64,000 nt of DNA from Candidatus Eiseniibacteriota bacterium (GCA_043809585.1 JBDROZ010000053.1:1-64000), one strand, 5' to 3'. Counted from the stretch's first letter, positions 41,407-51,597 are shown. Program-made: numbers and translations. The notes: generated by a model not told the origin, from the letters alone.

Positions 41407-42780
41407 GTGAACGGGATACTGGTCGTCGACGACGAGAGAGGGATCCAAACCTCCCTTCGCCGCATACTCGAATACGAAGGGTACGACGTGGAGGTCGCCT
41501 CGAACGGGGAGGAAGCCCTCGATGCGGTGAAGGCGGGCTCTCTCTCCCTGGTGCTCCTCGACATCAAGATGCCCGGAATGGACGGGATCGAGGTGCTCGG
41601 CGAGATCAGGAGGATGAAGAGCGATCTGGTGGTGATCATGATTTCAGGGCACGGCACGGTGGGGACGGCGGTGGAGGCGACGAAGCTCGGGGCGTACGAC
41701 TTCCTCGAGAAGCCCCTCGACCGGGATCGGCTGCTCCTCACGGTGCGGAACGGCCTCGAGCAGCGGCGGCTGTCGGTGGAGAACCTGGTCTTCCGGGAAC
41801 GGATGGAGGAGAGGTACCGGATCGTCGGCCAGAGCGAGGCGATCGAGAGGATTCTCCGGACCGTCGAGAAGGTGGGGCCCACGAACGGCCGGGTGCTCAT
41901 CACCGGCGCGAACGGAACGGGAAAGGAACTCGTCGCCCGGGCCCTTCACGGCGCGTCCCCCCGGGTGGACCGCCCGTTCGTGGAGGTGAACTGCGCCGCC
42001 ATTCCGGAGGAGTTGATCGAGAGCGAGCTTTTCGGCCACGAGAAGGGGGCTTTCACGGGGGCCACCGCCCTCCGCATCGGCAAGTTCGAACTCGCGAACG
42101 GCGGGACCCTCTTTCTCGACGAGGTGGGGGACATGTCCCTCTCGGCCCAGTCGAAAGTGCTGCGCGCCCTCGAGCTCGGCGAGGTGGCCCGCGTCGGCGG
42201 GGGGCACACGCGGCAGGTCGACGTTCGGGTGCTGTCGGCGACGAACAAGGACATCGTGAAAGAGGTGAACGAGGGCCGATTCCGGGAGGATCTCTACTAC
42301 CGGTTGAACGTCGTGCCGATCCACGTCCCGCCCCTCACGGAGCGGAAGGAGGACATTCCGATCCTGGCACGCCATTTCACGGAGCGCTACTGCGCGGAGA
42401 ACGGGATCCGTCCCAAGGTCCTCTCCGACGGGGTTCTCGATCTCTTCCGGAAGCATCCGTGGCAGGGCAACGTGCGGGAGCTCCGGAACACGATCGAGAG
42501 GATCATCATTCTTTCGGACGCGGAGTCGGACTTGATCGATGTGGGCGACGTTCCGTTTCTCGGTGCCGCCCAGGGGCCCGCGGCGGATCTCTTGGCGGGC
42601 GCCTCGAGTTTCTCCGATTTCAAGGACAAGGCGGAGCGGAACTTCCTGCTGAAGAAGCTGGAGGAGAACCGGTGGAGCGTCTCTCGAACCGCCCGGGACC
42701 TCGGGATGCAGCGCTCCAACGTGTACAAGAAGATCGAGAAGTTCGGGCTGAAGCGGCCGTCCCCCGGCGGAGACGATTGA
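41407..42780 (+). CDS. sigma54-dependent response regulator (NtrC family)
   Basis: Receiver domain, intact GAFTGA, WQGNVRELRN, HTH. Confidence 0.92.
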   Translation: MNGILVVDDERGIQTSLRRILEYEGYDVEVASNGEEALDAVKAGSLSLVLLDIKMPGMDGIEVLGEIRRMKSDLVVIMISGHGTVGTAVEATKLGAYDFLEKPLDRDRLLLTVRNGLEQRRLSVENLVFRERMEERYRIVGQSEAIERILRTVEKVGPTNGRVLITGANGTGKELVARALHGASPRVDRPFVEVNCAAIPEELIESELFGHEKGAFTGATALRIGKFELANGGTLFLDEVGDMSLSAQSKVLRALELGEVARVGGGHTRQVDVRVLSATNKDIVKEVNEGRFREDLYYRLNVVPIHVPPLTERKEDIPILARHFTERYCAENGIRPKVLSDGVLDLFRKHPWQGNVRELRNTIERIIILSDAESDLIDVGDVPFLGAAQGPAADLLAGASSFSDFKDKAERNFLLKKLEENRWSVSRTARDLGMQRSNVYKKIEKFGLKRPSPGGDD

Positions 42781-42935
42781 CCCTCCCCCGGTGGCGGTCC
42801 GACACACCCGCGCCCCCCTCGAAGCCCGGGAGGGCATCGATCCCCCGGCGAAGGACGTTCAGAACATCTTTGACGACAAGGGCTTCGTCGGCTATCGGGC
42901 CGCCGGTCCCGCACCGGTTTCTCTCACCCGAAGAT

Positions 42936-42950
42936 TGGCACGACCTTTGC
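42936..42950 (+). promoter_or_regulatory. sigma54 -24/-12 promoter TGGCAC-N5-TTGC
   Basis: tggcacgacctttgc, exact consensus, 35 nt upstream of ATG 42986. Confidence 0.78.
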
Positions 42951-42985
42951 GATTCCGTCGGGGTGATCACAAGACGGGAGGAACG

Positions 42986-43885
42986 ATGATGAAACGACGA
43001 CCACTTTTCGCGCTCTGCCTCGGTCTCGCGGTCCTCGCCGCGGCGGCGGGGTGCGGCGACGACGGCCACCCGACGGAGATCACGTACTATCCGCCGCCGG
43101 TTCCTTCCGGCGTCTACACGGTCACGGGCGACGAATCGGTCCAGGTCTACTGGAGTCCGATCCGGGGGGGCGCGGTGGAGAAGTACGGTGTTTACCGGAG
43201 CCTCACGCCGGACGGCGAGTACAAGCTGATCGGCGAGGTCTTGCAGTCCGACGACCCGTACTACATCGACTCGGGACTCACGAACGGCGTGACCTACTAT
43301 TACGCCGTGGACGCATGGTCCCGATACGGCGATTCCGAGCTTTCCTACGAGCTGGTGGCGGACACGCCCCGTCCCTCGGGCATCGACGTCGTGGTGTACG
43401 ACGACCTGACCGACCCGGACCGGGCCGGCATCGATCTCAGCCGGGTGATGGAACGGGGGATCGGGGACGACATGGTCCGGCCCTTCGACGATCCGCTCAC
43501 CGACTACTTCGTGATTGTCGTCGACAGTCTTCTCCGGCTGGTCGGCACGGTGATCGAGCACGGAGGGGAGGACCACTTCAATCTGGTTCAAGATTTCGGC
43601 TACACCTACGATTTCGACGAGATCTCCTTCGCCCCCGACGTCGATCCGAGTTACAGCTTCGACCCGTACGGGGTGGAACTTCTCATCGGCCACACCTACG
43701 TTCTCTGGACCTGGGACGACCATTTCGCGAAGCTCAGGGTCACCGAGCTCGGGGATAAGCGGGTCTGGTTCGATTGGGCGTACCAGACGAGCGACGACGG
43801 GATCGAGCGGCGCCAGCTGAAGGCGCTTTCCGGCGCCGTCGCCGGCGGCCCCGGCGGGCGGAAAACCCCGGCGGAGCGGGGCTGA
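42986..43885 (+). CDS. Lipoprotein with FN3 domain
   Basis: LAAAAGC lipobox; GLTNGVTYYYAVDA FN3 signature. Confidence 0.8.
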   Translation: MMKRRPLFALCLGLAVLAAAAGCGDDGHPTEITYYPPPVPSGVYTVTGDESVQVYWSPIRGGAVEKYGVYRSLTPDGEYKLIGEVLQSDDPYYIDSGLTNGVTYYYAVDAWSRYGDSELSYELVADTPRPSGIDVVVYDDLTDPDRAGIDLSRVMERGIGDDMVRPFDDPLTDYFVIVVDSLLRLVGTVIEHGGEDHFNLVQDFGYTYDFDEISFAPDVDPSYSFDPYGVELLIGHTYVLWTWDDHFAKLRVTELGDKRVWFDWAYQTSDDGIERRQLKALSGAVAGGPGGRKTPAERG

Positions 43886-44159
43886 TTATTTTTTCCTGCG
43901 GGGGCGCAAGAATTGTGGAACCCGGGACCACACACCGGGTGCAAAGGGGCGGAACCTCAGGGTAGCGGCCGGGCCACGAAGCCAGGATGCTCGGCAGGAC
44001 CGGGGGTCCGAGGGGAATGAGCCCCTCGAATTCTCCCGACACAAGGACCGACGACTCTGCCCTCCTGCAGAGATGTTGCGAGCCCCTCCAAGGGGTTTCG
44101 CAAAGGGTGCCGGCGGTAATGGTGCTGAAAAGGGGCAGCTCCTGACGCCGTCCGGCACC

Positions 44160-44345
44160 CCTTTTTCGTGATTCGGAGGTGGGGGCTACTGCGGATCCGG
44201 GGCGCGGGCGGGACGGCCCCCTTCCTTCGCCGTGTTCCTCACCGTAGCTACGGCTACGCCTCCGGTACACGGCTCGTCCAGGGAACCGTCCCGCCTCGCG
44301 CCCCGACTCCTCGCGACGCCCCCACCTCCGAACCACGAAAAAAGG
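44160..44345. repeat. Palindromic element family R1 copy B
   Basis: IR cctttttcgtgattcggaggtggggg / cccccacctccgaaccacgaaaaaagg; core tcctcaccgtagc-tacg-gctacgcctccgg. Confidence 0.85.
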
Positions 44346-44501
44346 ACCACGGAAAACCCGGGAACTGAAGTGAGCGGGGGACTGGCTCCGCCCGAGCCCT
44401 TCGATACGGACCTTCGGTCCTACTCAGGACAGGCCTCCGGCGGAATACGGGGGACATGAACTCGTTTCGTGTCCCCCGTATTCCTCAGCGGACCCTGTCC
44501 C

Positions 44502-44853
44502 CCTCCGGGCGGGCATTGCACACGAGCACAACCATTCCAGAGTGCAAAAGAGGAGTCCAAGGAAGATGGAGCTGCGGGCTCGATGGAATCTCCCGGCACG
44601 ATCATCGGTGGGGCGGGGGAGCGGCTTCGGGAGGGATAGAGGGGCAGGCTTGAACGCTCGTCGCACGGCGGGAGTCAACCCTCCCATTCTCCGGGCTCGT
44701 AGAGAAGGCGTTGCGAAAGACGTCAACAACTCCCCGGTTATGCCCCCATCCCTCCCGAAGCCGGACCCCCGAACCGCCGCCTTCCGGACGGGCATTGCAG
44801 ACGAGCGCAACCATTCCAGGGTGCAGAAGAGGAGTCCGAGGAGGATAGGCTCT
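44502..44853. repeat. ~70-bp direct repeat pair (44502-44573 and 44781-44853)
   Basis: c.tccgg.cgggcattgca.acgagc.caaccattccag.gtgca.aagaggagtcc.agga.gat in both copies. Confidence 0.85.
44622..44763. repeat. Repeat family R2 copy 3
   Basis: cggcttcgggagggatagaggggca ... tgcccccatccctcccgaagccg; interior matches 198-315. Confidence 0.9.
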
Positions 44854-44879
44854 GGAATGAGCACTATTCCCTATCTGTT

Positions 44880-45362
44880 TCAGTCGCCCGCCGCCAGGTC
44901 GTCCCAGTACGCCTGCTGGATGATCTCGTTCTCCTCCGATTCGTGCCGCTTCAGCGTGAAGATCAGCATCTTCGTGCGGAGGGTGAGCTCCCGGATCTGG
45001 GCGTGCACCGGATCGGTGGTCGACCTCGCCACGTCGAGCAATCCCCGGAGCTCCTGAACGATATCCTTATGCTCGCCGAAGAGCCGCTCCAAGGGCCGGG
45101 AGAACCGAGGAAACTCGATCGGTACGTCCCGGTAGAGAGGGCTTTTCTCCTCCCCCTCGAAGTGGGGGGGGAGAATCGCTACGAGCGGTTCGAGCCGCTC
45201 CCGGAGACATTCGGTCCACGAGTGATGGCAGTCGGCCGGCTCGTCGAGCCACTGTTCGAGGTCGCCGACCATCTTCGAGATCTCCTTGTGTTCTTCGAAC
45301 GCCGCCTCCGCTTCGGCCTTGGCGCTCTTCCGGGGGGCGCGATCCGTGTTCATGTCGGTCAC
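44880..45362 (-). CDS. Hemerythrin-like (HHE) domain protein
   Basis: EEH...HFEGEE...EH...HESEE pattern. Confidence 0.78.
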   Translation of the reverse strand: MTDMNTDRAPRKSAKAEAEAAFEEHKEISKMVGDLEQWLDEPADCHHSWTECLRERLEPLVAILPPHFEGEEKSPLYRDVPIEFPRFSRPLERLFGEHKDIVQELRGLLDVARSTTDPVHAQIRELTLRTKMLIFTLKRHESEENEIIQQAYWDDLAAGD

Positions 45363-45393
45363 CCCTCCTTCCTTGGCCCGGTCTTTCCCGGGA

Positions 45394-45573
45394 TCACCGG
45401 TTCGACCGGATGCGCATCGCTCCGTCCCTCACCTCGGCGGCGGCGGGCGTCTCCTTGCGGACGCTGTTGCTGCCGCATTCCAGGCAGGTACGCTCCTTCA
45501 CTTCTTTCGCCTCCACCATCAAGGGAAACCGGCTCTGGCACCGGAGACAGTAGAAGGTCACCTCTTCGGCCAT
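45394..45573 (-). CDS. Small zinc-ribbon/rubredoxin-like protein
   Basis: MAEEVTFYCLRC...CLECGS; start overlaps the hdrA stop. Confidence 0.7.
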   Translation of the reverse strand: MAEEVTFYCLRCQSRFPLMVEAKEVKERTCLECGSNSVRKETPAAAEVRDGAMRIRSNR

Positions 45574-48074
45574 CACGATTTCTCCCCGGCCGCCACGGCC
45601 TCGGCGCCGGCCGACTTCTCGGCCGCCTTCGCCTTCCGCTTCTCCGCCTTCTCCCGCCTCGCCTTCATGAACTCGCCGACGATTTCCTTCGTTTTCTCCA
45701 CCTCTTCGGCGTTGACCTGCTTCAGGAGTTCGTCCATCTGGTTCATGACCCGGGCGAACTTGGAGCCCTCGGCGGCGCTGATCCACTCGAGCTGGAGACG
45801 CTCCGGCCGGATGCCGAGCTTCTCCATCTGGTTCCAGATCCGTTCGATCCGCTGCTGGGTCCACGTCACGGCGTCGATGTAATGGCAGTCCGTGAAGTGG
45901 CAGCCCGAGACGAGCACCATGGGGGCGCCCTTCTCGAAGGCGTGCCATATGAAATCCTCGTCCACCCGGCCCGAGCACATGGTTCGGATCAGGCGGACCG
46001 ACGGCGGGTACTGGAAGCGGCTCGTGCCGCACGTGTCTCCGCCCGCGTAGGAACACCAGTTGCACGCGAAGGCGACCACCTTCTCCATCGCCCTGTCCTC
46101 CAGGATCGCGTCGACCTGGCCGAGGATCTGGGGGTCCGTGAAGTGGCGCATGGTGATCGTGTCGTTCGGGCACTCGGCGGAGCAAGTCCCGCACCCGGAG
46201 CACGCCGCCTGGACCACCATGGGGAACAGGTTCAGTTTCTTGTCGGGCGCGGTAATCGCGTGGTACGGGCAGACCCGCGCGCACCGGCCGCACAGGTTGC
46301 AGTCGTCCCGAACGATCTCGGCGGTGATCGCCTCGATCTTCACATGGCCCGCCGCGAGGAGCGCCCCGGCGCGGGAGGCCGCGGCGGAGGCCTGGGTGAC
46401 CGAGTCCTTCACGTCTTTCGGCGCCTCCACGCATCCGGCGAAGTAGACCCCCCGAGTGGGGGCGTCCACCGGCTTCAGCTTCGGGTGCGCCTCGAGCATG
46501 AAGCCGTCCGACGTGGACGAGAGGGCGAGCAGCTCCTTGACCTTGTTGCGTCCGTTCTTCCTCGGAACCATCCCGGTGGAGAGGACGAGCATGTCGAGCT
46601 CGTACTTCTCGAGTTCGCCGGTCAGGGTGTTCTCGACGGTGACCACGACGTTTCCCGTTTCCGTCTTCTGGACGACGTGGCCGGGAAGGCCGCGGACATA
46701 TCTCGTCCCCGCCTCCCGGCTCCTCCGGTAGAGGTCCTCGAACCCCTTGCCGAAGGCCCGGATGTCCGTATAGAAGACGTGGCAGACGGCGTCCCGGTAG
46801 TGCTCGGAGATGAGCAGGGTCTGCTTCACCGTGTTCATGCAGCAGATGTTCGAGCAGTACGGTTGGGCCCTGGCGGGAGAGCGGGAGCCGACGCACTGCA
46901 CGAAGCCGATCCGCTTCGGCGTCTTCCGGTCCGAGGGCCGGATCATGTGGCCGCCCGTCGGACCGCCGGCGCAGATCAGCCGCTCGAACTCCATCGCCGT
47001 GATCACGTTCTCGAAACGGGTGTAGCCGTACTCGTCCTGGTCCCGCGGGTCGTACACCTCCATTCCCGTGGCGACGACGATGGTCCCCACCTCGACGTCC
47101 AGGAACTTGTCCGTGTCGTCGAGGTCGATGCACTTCTTGTCGCATGCCTCGACGCACTTCCCGCAGGCGATCGGATCGTTACCCAGGCAGTTCACCATGT
47201 CCAGGGCGTAGGCCGACGGTACGGCCTGGGGGAAGGGGAGGTAGATCGCCTTGCGGGACGACAACCCCTGCTGGTACTCGTCGGGCACCACTTGGGGGCA
47301 CACCTTGGCGCATTCGCCGCAGTTGGTGCACTCGCTCTCGTTCACGTACCGGGCTTTCTTCCGGATCCGCGCCCGGAAGTTGCCGACGAAACCGGAAACC
47401 TCTTCGACCTCGGCGTTCGCGATCAGTTCAATCTTCGGATGTCGACCGACATCCATCATCTTGGGGCCGAGAATTCATATGGAGCAGTCCATCGTGGGGT
47501 ACGTCTTGTCCAGTGCGGCCATGAGTCCCCCGATGGACGGATCCTTCTCGACCAGGTAGACCTGGTTTCCCAGGTCGGCGAGATCGAGAGCGGTTTGAAT
47601 TCCGGCGACGCCGCCGCTGATGACGAGGGCCGCCCCGGTGACGGGGAAGGTGGCCTCCTCCTGGGCCTGGAGTTTCGTCGCCCGGGCGACGGCGCTCCGG
47701 ACCAGGTCCTTCGCCTTGTCCGTCGCCCCCCGGCGGTCGTTCTGGTGGACCCACGAGCAGTGTTCCCGGATGTTCGCCATCTCCATGAGGTACGGGTTGA
47801 GGCCCGCATCGGCGACGCACGCCCGGAACGTGGGCTCGTGGATCTTCGGCGTGCAGGAGGCGATGACCACGCGATCGAGGTCGTGCTCCCGGATGGCCGA
47901 CTTGATTTCGTTCTGTCCCGGATCGGCGCATGTGTATCGATTGCGGACCACCGCGACGACGCCGGGGAGGGTCTCGGCGAACTTCGAGACCTCGTCGGTG
48001 TTGACCGTGCCGGCGATGTTCAAACCGCAATCGCACACGAAGACCCCGATCCTGGGTAGCTTCTGCACCATCAT
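45573..48074 (-). CDS. hdrA: Heterodisulfide reductase subunit A-like selenoprotein fused to an MvhD/FlpD domain
   Basis: IGVFVCDCG...; DKTYPTMDCSI-TGA(47475-47477)-ILGPKMM in frame; C-terminal CNWCSYAG...MCSGRVD. Confidence 0.9.
47437..47454 (-). promoter_or_regulatory. Putative SECIS hairpin of hdrA
   Basis: ggatgtc[ggtc]gacatcc, loop starts 27 nt after TGA. Confidence 0.62.
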
Positions 48075-49273
48075 TCGCCTCCTTCGGCCGGGGCGGCCGC
48101 CATGGATCGCATCAGGGCCCCGTCGATCAGGACGGTGAGGTCCTCGGTTTGCATCCGTTTCCGCATCGGAGCGGTGCCTCCCAGGCTCGCGCGGCGCTCG
48201 TCTTCCGCCTGGGCGCATTGAAAGTGGATCATGCACTTCGGGCATGCCGTCACGAGCGTGCCGGCGCCCGTCGCCCGGGCGTCGGCGAGCCGCATCGCCT
48301 GAAGAAGCCTCGACTCGGCGTCGCAGTGCTGGAACCCGGCGGTGCCGCAGCATCGGGAGCGGAGGCCCGACAGCTCCATCTCCCGGAGTTGCACGCCCGG
48401 CAGGGAGCGAAGGACCTCCCGGGGCTCGTCGAGCACCTCCAGGTGCCGGGCGAGACGGCACGGGTCCTGGTAGGTGACGGTCTTCGCCCCGCCGTTCCAC
48501 TCCCCGGCCTCCAGGCCGAGTTCCTTCCCCCGCTCCGCGACGAAGGCGGCCATGTGGACCACCTTCGGCTTGAACCCGGGAATCACTTCCTTGTAAGACA
48601 GCGAGAGGGTTCTCGCGCACTCGGCGCAGGTCGTGACGATCGTCATCGCCCCGGTGCTCTCGATGAGCGTGACGTTCCTCTCCGCCAGCTTCCGGAAGCT
48701 CGCCGGGTCCCCCGCCCAGAGGAGATCGTGGCCGCAGCAGACCTCCTCCTCCCGGACCACCGGCTCGATGCCGAGCCGGTTCAGGATCCGCACAGCGGAG
48801 CGGGCGATCTCGACCATCTTTACGTCGAGGTCCGCGTACACCTTGTCGAAGAGGGGCAGGCAGCCCACGAAGAGCATCACCTCCCCCTCCTTCTTGACTT
48901 TCAGGTCGGGCGTCAGCCACGCGAGCCGGTCCGGCCGGGACCCGCCCTCCGCCTGCAGGCGGGTGGCCTGGGCGAGGATTTGGTGATGGGGGCACGAGGC
49001 CCTCTCCTCCGGAGGAAGGGCGGCCCGGGCGTGCCGGACGAAGTCGACGAACGCCACCCCTTCCGGACACCTCTGCTCGCACGCGCCGCAAGTGAGACAC
49101 TGCCGGATCAGGATCCGGCCGTCCTCTTCGAGGTCCGCGAGCGCCCGCGCGACGAGGCGACGGGGCGAATGCCCGTGGCTCAGTTCGGCGAGGGGGCACA
49201 TGCCCGTGCACTTCCCGCATCCGAGACAGAGCGTCGCCTTCGTGCGGCGTGCCAGTTGGTCCAGGGTCATCAT
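48071..49273 (-). CDS. HdrD/GlpC-like Fe-S oxidoreductase (two 4Fe-4S motifs plus CCG domains)
   Basis: CLGCGKCTGMCP, CLTCGACEQRCP, CCG twice, YQDPC, TACPKC. Confidence 0.87.
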   Translation of the reverse strand: MMTLDQLARRTKATLCLGCGKCTGMCPLAELSHGHSPRRLVARALADLEEDGRILIRQCLTCGACEQRCPEGVAFVDFVRHARAALPPEERASCPHHQILAQATRLQAEGGSRPDRLAWLTPDLKVKKEGEVMLFVGCLPLFDKVYADLDVKMVEIARSAVRILNRLGIEPVVREEEVCCGHDLLWAGDPASFRKLAERNVTLIESTGAMTIVTTCAECARTLSLSYKEVIPGFKPKVVHMAAFVAERGKELGLEAGEWNGGAKTVTYQDPCRLARHLEVLDEPREVLRSLPGVQLREMELSGLRSRCCGTAGFQHCDAESRLLQAMRLADARATGAGTLVTACPKCMIHFQCAQAEDERRASLGGTAPMRKRMQTEDLTVLIDGALMRSMAAAPAEGGE

Positions 49274-51576
49274 GATCCTTCTCCCACGGTGACCTTCACC
49301 ATTTCATCGATCGGCAGGGGATCCCCCTCCCGTCCTTCGGACCAGTGGCTCCGAATCCGATCGGGATCGAGGCCGCAGAGACCCAGCATCGACCGCGCCA
49401 GCTCCACCTGGTCGACGGCGAGGCCCGCCCCCGACTCGAAGCGGCACCGGTCCTCCGCGCATCCGGCGACCATGACCCGCCGGGCCCCGTTCAGAATCAG
49501 TTTGAGAATGGTCCCCGCCTCGAGCTGGCCGACGCAGGAAAGGCGGAGAACCTCCACGCCGTCGCCGACGCTCTCGGAGGTCGGGCTGAGGCAGCCGCCC
49601 CGCCGCTGGCAGGTGATGATCACGTTCTCCGCCACCTTCCGGCCGGGGGCCGCCCGGTCGAGAATCCAGTTCTTCGAAAACGGCTCGATCTCCGCCGCGC
49701 CGGTTTGGCAGACCGACACGCAGAGTCCGCAGCCCCGGCACTCCGTCGCGTCGACGAGGCTCACGGGTTCGCCTTCGGGTCCCATGACGAGCCGGGGGGC
49801 GCCGAAGGCGCAAATCTCGACGCACCGCCCGCAACCGCGGCAGAGGGCCTGGTCGATCCGGGACTTCACGAGTCCCACGCTGACCGGCGAGGGGAACGTG
49901 CGCCCCTCCGACTTCGCCTCGAATATCGCCTTCGCTTCCTGAAGCCTCGCCTCGGCGGGCATCCCTTCCCGGGGCGTGCGGAGAAGAAGATCCACCGCCG
50001 CCTCGCGGCCGTTGGCGCCCACGGCGCTCCGGATCAGCACGTGCCGGCGGGCGCAGGTGGGAACGCAGGTCTGGCACTCCGAGCACGGCCCGCACCGGAG
50101 ACAGCGGGAGGCCTCTTCGATCGCTTCCAAGTCGGAAAGGGCGAACTCGACCTCTTCGAAATTGTTCCTGTCCGTGACGGGCCGCTCCGGGTGAGGGACC
50201 CGGGGACGCCGCTCCGGCGGCGTGTCGGCGAGACCGAGTTCCCACTGCCCGCCCCGCTTCGGGAAGATCCGGTCGAGCGACGCGGGCCCCTCTTCGACGA
50301 GGCGGCGGATGGCCTTCGCGGCCCGGTGCCCCGCGGCGATCGCCTCGATCACCGTAGCGGGTCCGGTGACGACGTCCCCGCCGGCGAAGACCGCCGCAAT
50401 CCTGGTCAGCCCCGTGTCGTCGGAGGCGACCAGGTTGCCGCTCCGGTCTGTGGAGGTGTCGTATTGCTGGCCGAGGAAGGGCAGGTACGGCTCCTGGCCG
50501 ATGGAGGAGATGATGGCGTCCGCCCGGAGAACGAACTCGGAGCCCGAGACCGGGATCGGCCTCCGCCGCCCGCTCGCGTCCGGCTCGCCGAGCCGGACCT
50601 CGAGACACTCGAGGCCGGTCACCCGTCCGTTCTCCACCTTGAGCGCGTTCGGGGCGGTGAGGAACCGGATGCCGATCCCTTCCGCCTCCGCCGCCCGGAT
50701 CTCCTCCTCCGCGGCGGGCATCTCTTCCTTCGACCGGCGGTAGACGATATCCGCGCTCTTGGAGCCGAGGCGGAGGGCCGTCCGCGCCGCGTCGATGGCC
50801 GAGCTGCCGCCGCCGATCACGAGGACCCGTTCGCCCACCGGCGTCCGGTCCCCTTCGTTGGCGCGCTTCAGGAACGCCAGGGCGTCCTCGACACCCTGGA
50901 TCTCGTGCTCGCCGGGAAGGCCGAGGCGCCGGCTCTTCATGGCCCCCACGCCGACGAATATCGCCTTGTGTTCCGCCAGGAGGTCTTGGAGCCCCATGTC
51001 CCGGCCGAGGGCGACGCCGGTCTTCACCTCGATCGGCGCGCCGAGCATCTGTTCGATCTCCCGGTCCAGGATGTCGGGAGGCAGGCGGTAGTCGGGGATG
51101 CCGTAGCGGAGCATCCCGCCGAGCTGGCTTTCCGACTCGAGCAGCGTCACTCGGAATCCCTGCCGGGCGAGGTCGTAGGCGACCGTGAGTCCCGCCGGCC
51201 CCGAACCGACCACCGCGACCCTCTCGCTCCGCCAGGGGCGGGGGAGGGGAGGGGGCGCCGGCAGGCCGAGCCCGTAGTCGGCGACGAACCGTTTGAGCGC
51301 GCGAATCGAAACGGCGCCGTCCACGTTGTTCCGGCGGCAGACCGACTCGCACGGGTGGTTGCACACGCGGCCGCAGACGCCGGGAAGGGGGCAACGCTCG
51401 CGCACCACGCCGAGGGCTTCGGCGAAGCGCCCCTCCGCGATGAGCGACACGTACGCCTTCACGTTGACGCCGGCCGGACAGGCGCCGGTGCAGGGGGACG
51501 GGCTGATCCTCTCGATGAGGAGCTCCGACCCCTTCTCGAAGGTCAGTTTCGCTTCCTCGATAATCGACAATTCCAT
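49270..51576 (-). CDS. NfnB/GltD-like FAD/NAD(P) oxidoreductase with ferredoxin and MvhD-like C-terminus
   Basis: PCTGACP, CGRVCNHPCE, GSGPAG, GGMLRYGIPDYRL, GGGSSAID, two CxxCxxCxxxC, GCAEDRC. Confidence 0.87.
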   Translation of the reverse strand: MELSIIEEAKLTFEKGSELLIERISPSPCTGACPAGVNVKAYVSLIAEGRFAEALGVVRERCPLPGVCGRVCNHPCESVCRRNNVDGAVSIRALKRFVADYGLGLPAPPPLPRPWRSERVAVVGSGPAGLTVAYDLARQGFRVTLLESESQLGGMLRYGIPDYRLPPDILDREIEQMLGAPIEVKTGVALGRDMGLQDLLAEHKAIFVGVGAMKSRRLGLPGEHEIQGVEDALAFLKRANEGDRTPVGERVLVIGGGSSAIDAARTALRLGSKSADIVYRRSKEEMPAAEEEIRAAEAEGIGIRFLTAPNALKVENGRVTGLECLEVRLGEPDASGRRRPIPVSGSEFVLRADAIISSIGQEPYLPFLGQQYDTSTDRSGNLVASDDTGLTRIAAVFAGGDVVTGPATVIEAIAAGHRAAKAIRRLVEEGPASLDRIFPKRGGQWELGLADTPPERRPRVPHPERPVTDRNNFEEVEFALSDLEAIEEASRCLRCGPCSECQTCVPTCARRHVLIRSAVGANGREAAVDLLLRTPREGMPAEARLQEAKAIFEAKSEGRTFPSPVSVGLVKSRIDQALCRGCGRCVEICAFGAPRLVMGPEGEPVSLVDATECRGCGLCVSVCQTGAAEIEPFSKNWILDRAAPGRKVAENVIITCQRRGGCLSPTSESVGDGVEVLRLSCVGQLEAGTILKLILNGARRVMVAGCAEDRCRFESGAGLAVDQVELARSMLGLCGLDPDRIRSHWSEGREGDPLPIDEMVKVTVGEGS

Positions 51577-51597
51577 ATTCCCGTGACTCCCCCGCGC

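Noticed and set aside
43915-43980. c-di-GMP-I (GEMM)-like fragment gtggaacccgg...ccgggtgcaaag...agcggccgggccac
   Set aside because: No GNRA loop or receptor and no plus-strand gene downstream to regulate; would need a cmscan hit
44542-45057. 171-aa ORF across the repeats
   Set aside because: Made of repeat sequence and overlaps the hemerythrin gene antisense; no protein-like features
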